From Escherichia coli (lineage in GTDB: Bacteria; Pseudomonadota; Gammaproteobacteria; Enterobacterales; Enterobacteriaceae): a DNA stretch of 64,000 nucleotides. Of this stretch, positions 1 through 8,661 are shown one piece after another. Position 1 is the stretch's first letter. Every line of letters starts with the position of its first letter. Location of the stretch: the NCBI RefSeq assembly GCF_003018255.1, contig NZ_CP027440.1; one strand, written 5' to 3'. A model generated the notes under the pieces. It was not told where the DNA came from. It was given only the letters and a program-made list of their open reading frames with translations, and ran no database searches. The translations under genes were made by a program, and so were the position numbers.

Positions 1-773
1 TCGCCCAGCGGCAGCAATAATTTTTCACGGGTGTTACGCGCAGGATTGAGATCAAACCGTCCGGTGTAGACCAGATCCGCCATCTGCAGCAGTTTATCTG
101 ACTGCCAGTTCGCCAGCGAATTGCGGTATTCCCACTGGCTAATGAAAGCGGGCAGTGATTCTGGTTTCACACGGAAGAAGTTAACATCGACATTGTTAAC
201 GTTAAGCGCCATTACCGGCAGCCCTTCAACGACCTTACCAGGAAGCAACGAACCACGACTGGCAAAACCGACGCTGGGTTGGATATCGCGGGTAGTTATA
301 GTTTTTTCGTCATCTTTACTAAAGGTTGCGTTATTGAGCGCTTTGACCTCCTTGCCAATAGTGACGATCAAATCACGTTTCGGTTCGAGGTGGCGTAAAC
401 GCAGCTCTTTAAGATTATCTGACAGCTCCCAGGCACCATCCACTTTGCCGCTTTTTTTATCGACGACATGAATAACGCGTGAGAAATCCTGATCCGGGTC
501 GAGAGGGATGGAGAACGTCAGCACCAGCGTGGCTGCGCCATCGAGTTGAACTTCAGAGAGATCCAGCAATGTCAGCGCCTTACCGGCACTCTGTTGGGCC
601 AGTTTTTGTCGCTCCGGCGCGGAAAGTTTTGCTGAACTCACGTTTTCTGAAGAGGCCGCTTTAGTAACTTCAGAAGGCGCATCTTTTTTCACCGCTGTTG
701 GCGCGTTATCGTTGTTGTCGCACCCTGCCAGCGCCAGCATTAGCATGCAGGCGGCTACGCGTAACTTTTTCAT
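1..773 (-). CDS. yfhM: alpha-2-macroglobulin family lipoprotein YfhM, N-terminal part (gene continues past window start)
   Basis: Minus-strand ATG at 771-773 gives MKKLRVAACMLMLALAGCDNNDN... (signal peptide plus lipobox LAGC); reading frame open to position 1. Recognised as the YfhM N-terminus. Confidence 0.85.
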   Translation of the reverse strand, partial: MKKLRVAACMLMLALAGCDNNDNAPTAVKKDAPSEVTKAASSENVSSAKLSAPERQKLAQQSAGKALTLLDLSEVQLDGAATLVLTFSIPLDPDQDFSRVIHVVDKKSGKVDGAWELSDNLKELRLRHLEPKRDLIVTIGKEVKALNNATFSKDDEKTITTRDIQPSVGFASRGSLLPGKVVEGLPVMALNVNNVDVNFFRVKPESLPAFISQWEYRNSLANWQSDKLLQMADLVYTGRFDLNPARNTREKLLLPLG

Positions 774-979
774 TTTTCATCCCTGCCACAATGGCCCGTT
801 AGCAACGTCGAATAATTATTATGCGTGAGAATTTACGTTATGTAATTCAGTATCACGCCCATACAATCCGAATTTTAGTGAGAATTGTGGCTCAGACAGC
901 CAAATCAGCCTCTTTTGCTTGTCGCTTTTCACTAAACATCCGACAATTTAGCCTAACCCCGGCAAAAATGGAGATGCCT

Positions 980-1825
980 ATGTCCACGACATGGTTTGTA
1001 GGAGCCGACTGGCTCGCCGAACATATTGATGACCCGGAAATTCAGATTATCGATGCCCGCATGGCGTCGCCTGGACAGGAAGATCGTAACGTTGCTCAGG
1101 AGTATCTGAATGGACATATTCCCGGCGCAGTGTTTTTTGATATCGAAGCGCTTTCTGATCACACTTCTCCGCTTCCGCACATGCTGCCGCGCCCGGAAAC
1201 GTTCGCCGTGGCGATGTGTGAATTAGGCGTTAACCAGGATAAGCACCTGATTGTCTATGACGAAGGTAATCTTTTCTCAGCCCCACGAGCATGGTGGATG
1301 CTGCGCACCTTTGGTGTAGAGAAAGTGTCGATTCTGGGTGGTGGACTTGCAGGCTGGCAGCGTGATGATCTGCTATTAGAAGAAGGCGCAGTAGAGCTGC
1401 CGGAAGGAGAGTTTAACGCCGCGTTTAATCCTGAAGCCGTGGTGAAAGTAACCGATGTGTTATTGGCAAGCCATGAAAATACGGCGCAAATTATCGATGC
1501 CCGCCCGGCTGCACGTTTTAACGCAGAAGTTGATGAACCTCGCCCAGGTTTACGTCGCGGACATATTCCCGGTGCACTAAATGTTCCGTGGACGGAACTG
1601 GTGCGCGAAGGTGAACTAAAAACGACCGATGAACTGGATGCGATATTTTTTGGTCGCGGCGTAAGTTATGACAAACCTATTATCGTCAGCTGCGGCTCTG
1701 GTGTAACGGCAGCCGTGGTTTTGTTGGCACTCGCGACACTTGATGTGCCAAACGTGAAACTGTACGACGGCGCATGGAGTGAATGGGGCGCACGAGCAGA
1801 TTTACCAGTTGAGCCAGAGAAATAA
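980..1825 (+). CDS. sseA: 3-mercaptopyruvate sulfurtransferase (tandem rhodanese domains)
   Basis: ORF track 821..1825; true start taken at internal ATG 980 (MSTTWFVGADWLAEH...), giving 281 aa. The track start at 821 is an in-frame upstream extension. Confidence 0.93.
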   Translation: MSTTWFVGADWLAEHIDDPEIQIIDARMASPGQEDRNVAQEYLNGHIPGAVFFDIEALSDHTSPLPHMLPRPETFAVAMCELGVNQDKHLIVYDEGNLFSAPRAWWMLRTFGVEKVSILGGGLAGWQRDDLLLEEGAVELPEGEFNAAFNPEAVVKVTDVLLASHENTAQIIDARPAARFNAEVDEPRPGLRRGHIPGALNVPWTELVREGELKTTDELDAIFFGRGVSYDKPIIVSCGSGVTAAVVLLALATLDVPNVKLYDGAWSEWGARADLPVEPEK

Positions 1826-1841
1826 GCTTTTAACAGGCAAT

Positions 1842-1870
1842 AAAAAACCGCCGAATCTGGCGGTTTTTTA
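1842..1870. terminator. bidirectional rho-independent terminator after sseA
   Basis: A-tract, GC stem aaccgcc/ggcggtt with loop gaatct, then T-tract (aaaaaaccgccgaatctggcggtttttta). Symmetric, so it can terminate either strand. Confidence 0.75.
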
Positions 1871-2034
1871 TTGCTGGTCTGGTTCGCGGCCTTTCCAGCA
1901 GATTGGCTTGTGTTGCATGAGCAACGCAGGTGCTTCACAGCAAAGCAATACTCGCCAGTAACTCTCTTTTTGTCAAGCGAAAGAGAGTAATCATTGTTTA
2001 TTTAGCGTATTATCGACACCGGCCCTTTCCGCCG
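1871..2034. repeat. tandem repeat unit 1 (degenerate copy of the ryfA upstream module)
   Basis: Blocks ttgctggtctggttcgcggcctttccagcagattg (1871-1905) and caatactcgccagtaactctctttttgtcaag (1946-1977) plus downstream ...gtattatc...cctttccgccgt recur almost identically in unit 2, about 322 bp away. Confidence 0.8.
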
Positions 2035-2154
2035 TGTTCGGTAATAAAATAACCTAGCTTATTAGTCCGAATTCAGACAAATATAAACAAATCCTGCTCA
2101 AAATTAAAAATACTAACCGGTAAAAGATATTACTTAAACATGTAAATTCACTTT

Positions 2155-2198
2155 CCTTTAAAAAACAAAAAACCGCCAAAATCAGGCGGTTATTTGTT
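2155..2198. terminator. bidirectional rho-independent terminator inside the sseA-sseB intergenic region
   Basis: aaaaaacaaaaaa-accgcc-aaaatca-ggcggt-tatttgttg. The minus-strand T-tract (TTTTTTGTTTTTT) is stronger than the plus-strand one. Confidence 0.65.
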
Positions 2199-2265
2199 GC
2201 TGGTTTGGTTCGCGGCCTTTCCAGCAGATTGTATTACCGTAGTAATGCAAGCGCGTCTCAGCGGA
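2160..2265 (-). ncRNA. candidate divergent antisense sRNA (antitoxin-like) to the ryfA small-ORF mRNA
   Basis: Inferred. Minus-strand -35-like TTGACA (complement of 2293-2298) and strong minus-strand terminator at 2155-2198. Sequence 2247-2263 (gcaagcgcgtctcagcg) is identical to 2407-2423, so a minus-strand RNA across 2247-2263 would pair perfectly over 17 nt with the plus-strand ryfA transcript. Ends are approximate. Confidence 0.35.
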
Positions 2266-2357
2266 CACAATACTCGCCAGTAACTCTCTTTTTGTCAAGT
2301 AAAAGAGAGTTATTATTGTTCTGTTAGTGTATTATCCACTGCGGACCTTTCCGCCGT
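2196..2357. repeat. tandem repeat unit 2 (upstream module of ryfA)
   Basis: Near-identical to unit 1 in the two conserved blocks (2196-2230 and 2268-2299). The segment between the blocks differs between units and carries the 17-nt match to the ryfA body. Confidence 0.8.
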
Positions 2358-2646
2358 CTCGCAAGCGGGCGCTGGCTTAAGGAAAGGATGTTCCGCGACC
2401 GTTAGAGCAAGCGCGTCTCAGCGCTTGCTATCGCGGCAATATCGCCAGTGGTGCTGTCGTGATGCGGTCTTCGCATGGACCGCACAATGAAGATACGGTG
2501 CTTTTGTATCGTACTTATTGTTTCTGGTGCGCTGTTAAGCGAGGTAAATAATAACCGGAGTCTCTCCGGCAACAATTTACTGGCGGTTAACAACCTTCAG
2601 AGCAGCAAGTAAGCCCGAATGCCGCCCTTTGGGGCGGCATATTTTA
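2343..2646 (+). ncRNA. ryfA: RyfA-like RNA (likely mRNA for a small hydrophobic protein)
   Basis: Position between sseA and sseB; -10-like TATTAT at 2330-2335; strong terminator at 2619-2647; predicted length about 304 nt fits the RyfA size I recall. Boundaries inferred, not measured. Confidence 0.45.
2487..2612 (+). CDS. small hydrophobic protein, 41 aa (type I toxin-like, TimP-like candidate)
   Basis: Hand-translated ATG..TAA ORF: MKIRCFCIVLIVSGALLSEVNNNRSLSGNNLLAVNNLQSSK. Hydrophobic N-terminal stretch about 15 aa, polar N/S-rich tail. Sits inside the putative ryfA transcript just before its terminator. Weak Shine-Dalgarno; below the 60-aa cutoff of the ORF track. Confidence 0.4.
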   Translation: MKIRCFCIVLIVSGALLSEVNNNRSLSGNNLLAVNNLQSSK

Positions 2647-2647
2647 G
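2619..2647 (+). terminator. rho-independent terminator of the ryfA transcript (overlaps sseB stop codon)
   Basis: Stem atgccgccc/gggcggcat (9 bp), loop tttg, followed by attttag on the plus strand. Confidence 0.7.
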
Positions 2648-3420
2648 ATTATCCGGTTCTGTTTAAAGTCACGCAAAAAACCACCCCAGCGACGTTCATA
2701 GAATGGCGCAATATGTTCGGTAATAAAGTGGCTAATTCCTTTTTCCCCTTTTTTCACCTGACAAATATCGATGGGTTCATCGCCAGGTAATGTATCGGTC
2801 GCTACACTTCCCGCCGCCTGAATAATTTCTTCGATATCACCATCGGCTTCAATGCCAATAAGTAAATTAGGCTGTGCCTCTTCGTTCTCTTTAATTGAAC
2901 AAATAAAAGCACGCTTCACCGGCTTAATAGTTTTAAATAAGGTGGTGAGTGAATCAATCATTTGTGCTGGTGGCTCTGCGACTTCCGATAATATCAGCGA
3001 TTCACCGCCTTCCAGTACTTCCTGGCTGCTCAGCGGATTTCCTTCTTCACCAATCAGCAAACTGATTTCACGCGGCATAAATTCTTTACCGGTTGGCAGT
3101 TTGGCATTAAGGAAGAGCGTTTCGCCAAGGGTCATCTCAAACAATGTGCGAACGGGCATTACGACAAATGCCTGTTCGTCTTCAACCGCCTGTTGAAGTG
3201 CTTCTAACGAGGTAAAAAAAGGAATGACGCTGGTGCCGTCTTCTTTTTCCCAGTGCTGTAAATCAAGCGCGCTATCTTCAACCACAGCCTCGCCCTGCGC
3301 CGCCGTACCCGGCACCCAGACGGTGGATTCCAGTAGAGTACGGAAAAAGGCCGGGCGGTGCGCCGGTTCGGTTGCTGCTTTTTCCAGCAGGTCTTCAAGT
3401 TCGTTTTTTGTTTCGGACAT
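2644..3420 (-). CDS. sseB: rhodanese-enhancing protein SseB
   Basis: ORF track 2644..3429 begins with a GTG; start moved to ATG at 3418-3420 (MSETKNELEDLL...), giving 258 aa. Confidence 0.9.
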   Translation of the reverse strand: MSETKNELEDLLEKAATEPAHRPAFFRTLLESTVWVPGTAAQGEAVVEDSALDLQHWEKEDGTSVIPFFTSLEALQQAVEDEQAFVVMPVRTLFEMTLGETLFLNAKLPTGKEFMPREISLLIGEEGNPLSSQEVLEGGESLILSEVAEPPAQMIDSLTTLFKTIKPVKRAFICSIKENEEAQPNLLIGIEADGDIEEIIQAAGSVATDTLPGDEPIDICQVKKGEKGISHFITEHIAPFYERRWGGFLRDFKQNRII

Positions 3421-3456
3421 AAGAACCACAATTCATTCAACGTTCGGGGCACAAGT

Positions 3457-3485
3457 GCCTGATGCGCTACGCTTATCAGGCCTAC
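3457..3485. repeat. REP (repetitive extragenic palindrome) element
   Basis: gcctgatgcgctacgcttatcaggcctac, a canonical REP-type imperfect palindrome, in the sseB-pepB intergenic region. Confidence 0.7.
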
Positions 3486-3538
3486 AAGGGAATCTCAATC
3501 TATTGGATTTTCGCAATTTTGTAGGCCAAATAAGACGT

Positions 3539-4822
3539 TTACGCCGTTAACAGATTAGCAATCGTGCGCACACCTAGCCCGGTCGCGCCCGCAGACCACT
3601 GTTCAACCGGCGCTTTACGGTAAGTCGCCGAGCAGTCGATATGCAGCCAGCCTTGCTGATAGTTCTCAACAAAGTGCGACAGGAAGCCCGCCGCCGTGCT
3701 TGCACCTGCCGGATACGCCGCGCTTCCGGTATTGTTCAGTTCGGCAAAGTTAGACGGCAGCTGGCTGCGGTGGAACTCCGCCAGCGGCAGACGCCAGAAT
3801 GGTTCATTCTCCTGCGCGGCACTCGCCAGCAAGCGAGCGGCAAGCGCATCGTCAAAACTGAACAGCGCGTGATAATCATTACCCAGCGCGGTTTTCGCCG
3901 CCCCGGTGAGGGTCGCCGCATCAATGATCAGTTCCGGTTTCTGCGCACTGGCATCAATCAGGCCATCGGCCAGCACCAGACGCCCTTCCGCATCGGTGTT
4001 CATCACTTCAACTTTTTTACCGTTGCGATAGGTAATGATATCGCCCAGCTTGAACGCATTGCCGCTGATCAGGTTATCCGCACAGCAGAGGAACAGCTTC
4101 ACGCGCTTGTTCAGTCCGCGCGTAATGGCAAACGCCAGCGCTCCGGTAACCGTTGCCGCGCCGCCCATGTCCGACTTCATCGAGTCCATAAATGCGGTCT
4201 GTTTGATACTGTAGCCGCCGGAATCAAAGGTGATGCCTTTACCAACCAGGCACGCGTACACTGGCGCTTCTTTATCGCCTGTTGGGTTGTAATCCAGCGC
4301 CAGCAATACCGGGGAACGTTCTGAACCGCGCCCGACCGTGTGCAGCCCCATATAACCTTGATCACGCAGATCTTCGCCTTTGGTGATCCGGTAAGTCACA
4401 CGATCGCCCGCGACGTTGCTGATCAGATCAACAGCACGCTGTGCCAGTTGCGATGGCCCCAGTTCTTCCGCCGGTGCGTTGATGGTGTCACGCACCCAGT
4501 CGATGATCATCAGGCGGTTATCCAGTTCCTGCCGTTGGGCATCGTCCAGATCCGGCCACTCCACTTTACGTGTGCCTTTCGGGGCTTTGTAACCTTGCCA
4601 GAATGCCCAGCAGCGATCCGCATCCCAGTCTTCACCGCTTAACTGAACATGCTTGATGCCCAGACCGTCAATCTTGCGCGCCGCACGCTGGATCAGCCCC
4701 AGATCGTCTGTCCCGTTCAAATGCAGGGTAATGCCATCATTATTAATGCTGTAAGTCGCTTTTTCTCCCCAGCGCGCGTCGGCAGGTTGGGTAGAAAGGG
4801 TAATTTTCATCGCTTCTGTCAT
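3539..4822 (-). CDS. pepB: aminopeptidase B (M17 family)
   Basis: ORF track, 427 aa, [21 protein letters not shown]...; contains the M17 NTDAEGRL motif. Confidence 0.95.
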   Translation of the reverse strand: MTEAMKITLSTQPADARWGEKATYSINNDGITLHLNGTDDLGLIQRAARKIDGLGIKHVQLSGEDWDADRCWAFWQGYKAPKGTRKVEWPDLDDAQRQELDNRLMIIDWVRDTINAPAEELGPSQLAQRAVDLISNVAGDRVTYRITKGEDLRDQGYMGLHTVGRGSERSPVLLALDYNPTGDKEAPVYACLVGKGITFDSGGYSIKQTAFMDSMKSDMGGAATVTGALAFAITRGLNKRVKLFLCCADNLISGNAFKLGDIITYRNGKKVEVMNTDAEGRLVLADGLIDASAQKPELIIDAATLTGAAKTALGNDYHALFSFDDALAARLLASAAQENEPFWRLPLAEFHRSQLPSNFAELNNTGSAAYPAGASTAAGFLSHFVENYQQGWLHIDCSATYRKAPVEQWSAGATGLGVRTIANLLTA

Positions 4823-4842
4823 TTTAGTTATCCTTATTCGTT

Positions 4843-4876
4843 TAACAGCAAAACGGGCTACCCCCAGGCAGCCCGT
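4843..4876 (-). terminator. rho-independent terminator downstream of iscX (end of isc operon)
   Basis: Minus-strand stem acgggct/agcccgt with 10-nt loop, followed by TTTTGCTGTT on the minus strand. Confidence 0.6.
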
Positions 4877-4880
4877 TCAT

Positions 4881-5081
4881 TCACTCGGCTTCGTCCAGCC
4901 AGACCAACAAAATCGCTTCGAGGATTTTCTCGTTCGATGCCTGCGGGTCGTCGTCGAAATCTTCCAGATCGCAAATCCACTGATGCATATCGGTGAATCG
5001 AACCGTTTTCGGATCAAGATCGGGATACGCATCGTACAGTGCTTCGCCAATTTCGCGGCTATCGGTCCACTTAAGTCCCAT
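4881..5081 (-). CDS. iscX: Fe-S cluster assembly protein IscX
   Basis: ORF track, 66 aa, [24 protein letters not shown]... Confidence 0.95.
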
Positions 5082-5092
5082 ACTAACCTCTG

Positions 5093-5428
5093 TTAATGCT
5101 CACGCGCATGGTTGATAGTGTAACGCGGGATTTCGACCACTAAATCTTCGTCGGTAACGCGCGCCTGGCAGCTTAAACGGCTTTCCGGCTCCAGTCCCCA
5201 GGCTTTGTCCAGCATGTCGTCTTCCTGCTCTGAGCTTTCCGGCAGCGAGTCAAAACCTTCGCGAACGATGCAGTGGCAGGTGGTGCAAGCACAGGATTTT
5301 TCACAGGCGTGTTCAATCTCGATACCGTTACGCAGCGCAACGTCGAGAATGGTTTCACCACTATTCGCTTCCAGAACAGCGCCATCAGGGCAGAGATCCT
5401 GATGAGGCAAAATAACAATCTTTGGCAT
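5093..5428 (-). CDS. fdx: [2Fe-2S] ferredoxin of the isc operon
   Basis: ORF track, 111 aa, [18 protein letters not shown]...; cysteine motif [12 protein letters not shown]. Confidence 0.95.
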
Positions 5429-5429
5429 A

Positions 5430-7280
5430 TTAAACCTCGTCCACGGAATGGCCTTTCAGCGCACGACGAACCGACTGGTCCATGCGGCGAGCGGCGAAAT
5501 CCTGGGTTTGTTTGTCTACGTTTTTAATCGCTTGTTCGATGGCGTCAACATCATCGCCCTGCGCCACTTCACTCAGGTGAGCGGCAGCATCGTCAATGAC
5601 CTGACGCTCTGCGGTGCTTAACAGCGCGGCATCAGCAGCCAGCGCGCCGTGCAAACTTTCCAGCACACGCGCCGCTTCTACTTTTTGTTCTGCCAGCATA
5701 CGGGCTTTTACGTCCTGCTCGGCATAGCTCATTGAGTCTTTGATCATCGAGGCGATTTCGCTGTCGGTCAGACCGTAGGACGGTTTGACCTGAATAGATG
5801 CCTCAACGCCGGTGGATTTCTCCATCGCCGTCACGCTCAAAAGACCGTCGGCATCGACCTGGAACGTCACGCGAATATGCGCGCCGCCAGCCGGTAACGC
5901 CGGAATACCACGCAGCGCAAAACGCGCCAGCGAGCGGCAGTCCTGCACCAGTTCGCGCTCACCCTGCATTACATGGATAGACATCGCCGTCTGACCATCT
6001 TTAAAGGTGGTGAAATCCTGAGCGCGCGCCACCGGAATAGTGGTATTACGCGGAATCACTTTCTCCACCAGGCCGCCCATCGTTTCGAGGCCCAGCGACA
6101 GCGGGATCACATCCAGCAACAGCATTTCGCTGTCCGGCTTGTTACCCACCAGAATATCCGCCTGAATCGCCGCGCCAATAGCGACGACTTTATCCGGGTC
6201 GATAGAAGTCAGCGGTGGACGACCGAAAAATTCGCCTACTCGTTCACGCACTAGCGGCACGCGAGTAGAACCGCCAACCATCACCACTTCCAGCACTTCA
6301 TCAGCTTCTACGCCAGCGTCTTTCAGCGCGCGACGACAAGCCAGCAAGGTTCGTTTTACCAGTGGCGCGATCAGTTCGTTGAATTGTTCACGGCTGATTT
6401 CGCCCTGCCAGCCCGCAACATTCACAGTCACGGAGTCCGCATCGCTCAGCGCGATTTTGGCTGCAATGGCGGCATCCAGCAGTTCACGCTGAACGCGGTT
6501 ATCGCTACGATCAGGAATGCCCGCCTGCTCGCGAATGTAATCCGCCAGCAGATGGTCGAAATCATCGCCGCCGAGCGCGGAATCACCGCCGGTCGCCAGC
6601 ACTTCAAACACGCCGCGACTTAAGCGCAGAATGGAAATATCAAACGTCCCGCCGCCGAGGTCATAAACGGCGATCACGCCTTCCTGACCGGAATCCAGCC
6701 CGTAGGCGATAGCCGCAGCGGTCGGTTCGTTAAGTAAGCGCAGAACATGCAACCCCGCCAGACGCGCCGCGTCTTTGGTGCCCTGACGCTGGGCATCGTC
6801 AAAGTACGCCGGAACGGTGATAACTACACCATCCAGCTCGCCTGCCAGGGCTTCAGTTGCCCGCGCCGCCAGTGCTTTGAGGATGTCCGCAGAAACGCGC
6901 ACCGGGTTCAGCAGCCCCGCCGCCGTTTCAATCATCGGCAGGCCGTTTTCGCTGGCCTGGAATTGATAAGGCAGATGTGGATAGCGTTGCTGGATATCAG
7001 CCAGCGAGCGCCCCATCAGGCGTTTAACAGAACTAATGGTGTTGGCGGTATCGAGCGCTGCGTTAGTACGCGCATCATAACCCACCGAATGCCCTTGCTG
7101 TTGATAGTGAACAACAGACGGCAGCAGGTGACGGCCTTCATGGTCGGCTAACGTTTCGGCCTGACCGCTGCGCACTGTCGCCACCAGCGAGTTGGTTGTG
7201 CCAAGGTCGATACCGGCCGCCAGACGACGCTGATGCGGCGCAGCACTCAAACCAGGTTCACTAATTTGTAATAAGGCCAT
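5430..7280 (-). CDS. hscA: Fe-S cluster assembly chaperone HscA (Hsp70 family)
   Basis: ORF track 5430..7334; start moved to ATG at 7278-7280 ([10 protein letters not shown]...), 616 aa; Hsp70 motif IDLGTTNS. Confidence 0.95.
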   Translation of the reverse strand: MALLQISEPGLSAAPHQRRLAAGIDLGTTNSLVATVRSGQAETLADHEGRHLLPSVVHYQQQGHSVGYDARTNAALDTANTISSVKRLMGRSLADIQQRYPHLPYQFQASENGLPMIETAAGLLNPVRVSADILKALAARATEALAGELDGVVITVPAYFDDAQRQGTKDAARLAGLHVLRLLNEPTAAAIAYGLDSGQEGVIAVYDLGGGTFDISILRLSRGVFEVLATGGDSALGGDDFDHLLADYIREQAGIPDRSDNRVQRELLDAAIAAKIALSDADSVTVNVAGWQGEISREQFNELIAPLVKRTLLACRRALKDAGVEADEVLEVVMVGGSTRVPLVRERVGEFFGRPPLTSIDPDKVVAIGAAIQADILVGNKPDSEMLLLDVIPLSLGLETMGGLVEKVIPRNTTIPVARAQDFTTFKDGQTAMSIHVMQGERELVQDCRSLARFALRGIPALPAGGAHIRVTFQVDADGLLSVTAMEKSTGVEASIQVKPSYGLTDSEIASMIKDSMSYAEQDVKARMLAEQKVEAARVLESLHGALAADAALLSTAERQVIDDAAAHLSEVAQGDDVDAIEQAIKNVDKQTQDFAARRMDQSVRRALKGHSVDEV

Positions 7281-7296
7281 GTTTAGCTTCCAGAAA

Positions 7297-7812
7297 TTAA
7301 AAATCGAGCAGTTTTTCTTCGAGTTGTTCGGCACTGCTTCGCAGTTTATCGAGAAAACGCAGCTTACGCACGGTATCCGCCGCCGCGTCCCACGTCTCGT
7401 TGTCTAACTGTTCAACCATCAACTGATGGCGGGTATCAAACATCTTTTTCACACGTTTGATAAAGCTTTCCAGCCGCGCTTCATCTTTCGCCTGTTCGAT
7501 CTCGTCCAGCTCTTCGCGCAGTTCCAGCTGTTCCATCAGGAACGCGGTGTCGCGCACAGTATGCTGCTCGCTGGCAAGATCAAAACCGTGCAAAGAAAGC
7601 AAATATTCCGCGCGCATTAACGGATGACGCAGCGTTTGCCAGGCCTGGTTAATGGTTGCAGATTGCTGTACGGCGGCGAGTTGTTCCGCCTGGCTTCCGC
7701 TGGCGAATTTATCAGGATGATACTGACGTTGTAGATCCTGAAAACGCAGGCTCAGCGCCTGGGTATCGAGTTGATAACAGGCAGGCAAGCCAAAGAGGGT
7801 GAAGTAATCCAT
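7297..7812 (-). CDS. hscB: Fe-S cluster co-chaperone HscB (J-domain)
   Basis: ORF track, 171 aa, [18 protein letters not shown]...; HPD motif present. Confidence 0.95.
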   Translation of the reverse strand: MDYFTLFGLPACYQLDTQALSLRFQDLQRQYHPDKFASGSQAEQLAAVQQSATINQAWQTLRHPLMRAEYLLSLHGFDLASEQHTVRDTAFLMEQLELREELDEIEQAKDEARLESFIKRVKKMFDTRHQLMVEQLDNETWDAAADTVRKLRFLDKLRSSAEQLEEKLLDF

Positions 7813-7907
7813 AACATTCTCAGGGCTGCGATCCGCCGCGATAACGGCGAATCAGGTAAAACAAACCCCACGCGCAGGCGACCACGGTGGGGTTATCGGT
7901 ATGCGCA

Positions 7908-8231
7908 TCAAACGTGGAAGCTTTCGCCGCAACCACACTCATCTTTGACGTTCGGGTTGGTGAATTTAAACCCTTCGTTCAGGCCTTCTTTTACGAAGTC
8001 CAGCTGCGTACCGTCCAGAAATTGCAGGCTTTTGCCATCGACCACGACTTTCACGCCTTTGTCTTCAAACACGATGTCTTCCGGCGTCGGTTCGTCAACA
8101 AATTCCAGTACATAAGCCATACCTGAACATCCGGAGGTTCTCACGCCCAGACGCAGGCCAAACCCTTTGCCGCGGTTAGCCAGAAAGGTATTTACTCGCG
8201 CTGCTGCACTGTCGCTCAGTGTAATCGACAT
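7908..8231 (-). CDS. iscA: Fe-S cluster assembly protein IscA (A-type carrier)
   Basis: ORF track 7908..8237; start taken at [13 protein letters not shown]..., 107 aa; C-terminal CGCGESF motif. Confidence 0.93.
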   Translation of the reverse strand: MSITLSDSAAARVNTFLANRGKGFGLRLGVRTSGCSGMAYVLEFVDEPTPEDIVFEDKGVKVVVDGKSLQFLDGTQLDFVKEGLNEGFKFTNPNVKDECGCGESFHV

Positions 8232-8247
8232 AACCAAACCTCAACTC

Positions 8248-8634
8248 TTATTTTGCTTCACGTTTGCTTTTATAGTCCGCAATGGCGGCTTTGATCGCGT
8301 CTTCTGCCAGAATAGAACAGTGAATTTTCACCGGCGGCAGTTCAAGTTCTTCAGCAATATCGGTGTTTTTGATCGCCTGCGCTTCGTCGAGAGACTTCCC
8401 TTTCACCCATTCGGTGACCAGGGAGCTGGAAGCGATAGCAGAACCGCAGCCGTAAGTTTTAAAACGCGCGTCTTCAATGATACCTTCATCGTTGACTTTA
8501 ATCTGCAACTTCATCACGTCGCCACAGGCCGGTGCACCCACCATGCCGCTGCCGACGTTCTCGTCGTTGTTGTCAAAGGAACCCACGTTACGCGGATTCT
8601 CGTAATGGTCGATAACTTTTTCGCTGTAAGCCAT
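8248..8634 (-). CDS. iscU: Fe-S cluster scaffold IscU
   Basis: ORF track, 128 aa, MAYSEKVIDHYENPRNVGSF...; LPPVK motif. Confidence 0.96.
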   Translation of the reverse strand: MAYSEKVIDHYENPRNVGSFDNNDENVGSGMVGAPACGDVMKLQIKVNDEGIIEDARFKTYGCGSAIASSSLVTEWVKGKSLDEAQAIKNTDIAEELELPPVKIHCSILAEDAIKAAIADYKSKREAK

Positions 8635-8661
8635 TATAAATTCTCCTGATTCCGATACCGA

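Noticed and set aside
821-979. 5' part of ORF-track ORF 821..1825 (MRENLRYVIQYHAHTIRIL...) upstream of sseA
   Set aside because: In-frame upstream extension; sseA begins at ATG 980 (MSTTWFVGADW...), giving the expected 281 aa. The extra 53 residues have no domain character.
1666-1961. ORF-track ORFs 1666..1938 (-) and 1779..1961 (+) in the sseA 3' end and repeat unit 1
   Set aside because: They run across the sseA terminator hairpin and the conserved repeat blocks, have low-complexity composition and no ribosome-binding site; most likely chance ORFs in structured RNA sequence.
1842-2400. Possible CRISPR array because of repeated blocks
   Set aside because: Only two copies with about 322-bp periodicity, repeats not short (about 28-37 bp) and regularly spaced, and no cas genes nearby.
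2402-2593. 63-aa minus-strand ORF antisense to the ryfA small ORF
   Set aside because: Lies antisense to the better-supported plus-strand ORF and terminator; no Shine-Dalgarno sequence and arbitrary composition.
3641-4324. 227-aa plus-strand ORF inside pepB (antisense)
   Set aside because: Fully contained antisense to a well-supported CDS; Arg/Gln-rich composition typical of antisense frames in GC-rich coding DNA.
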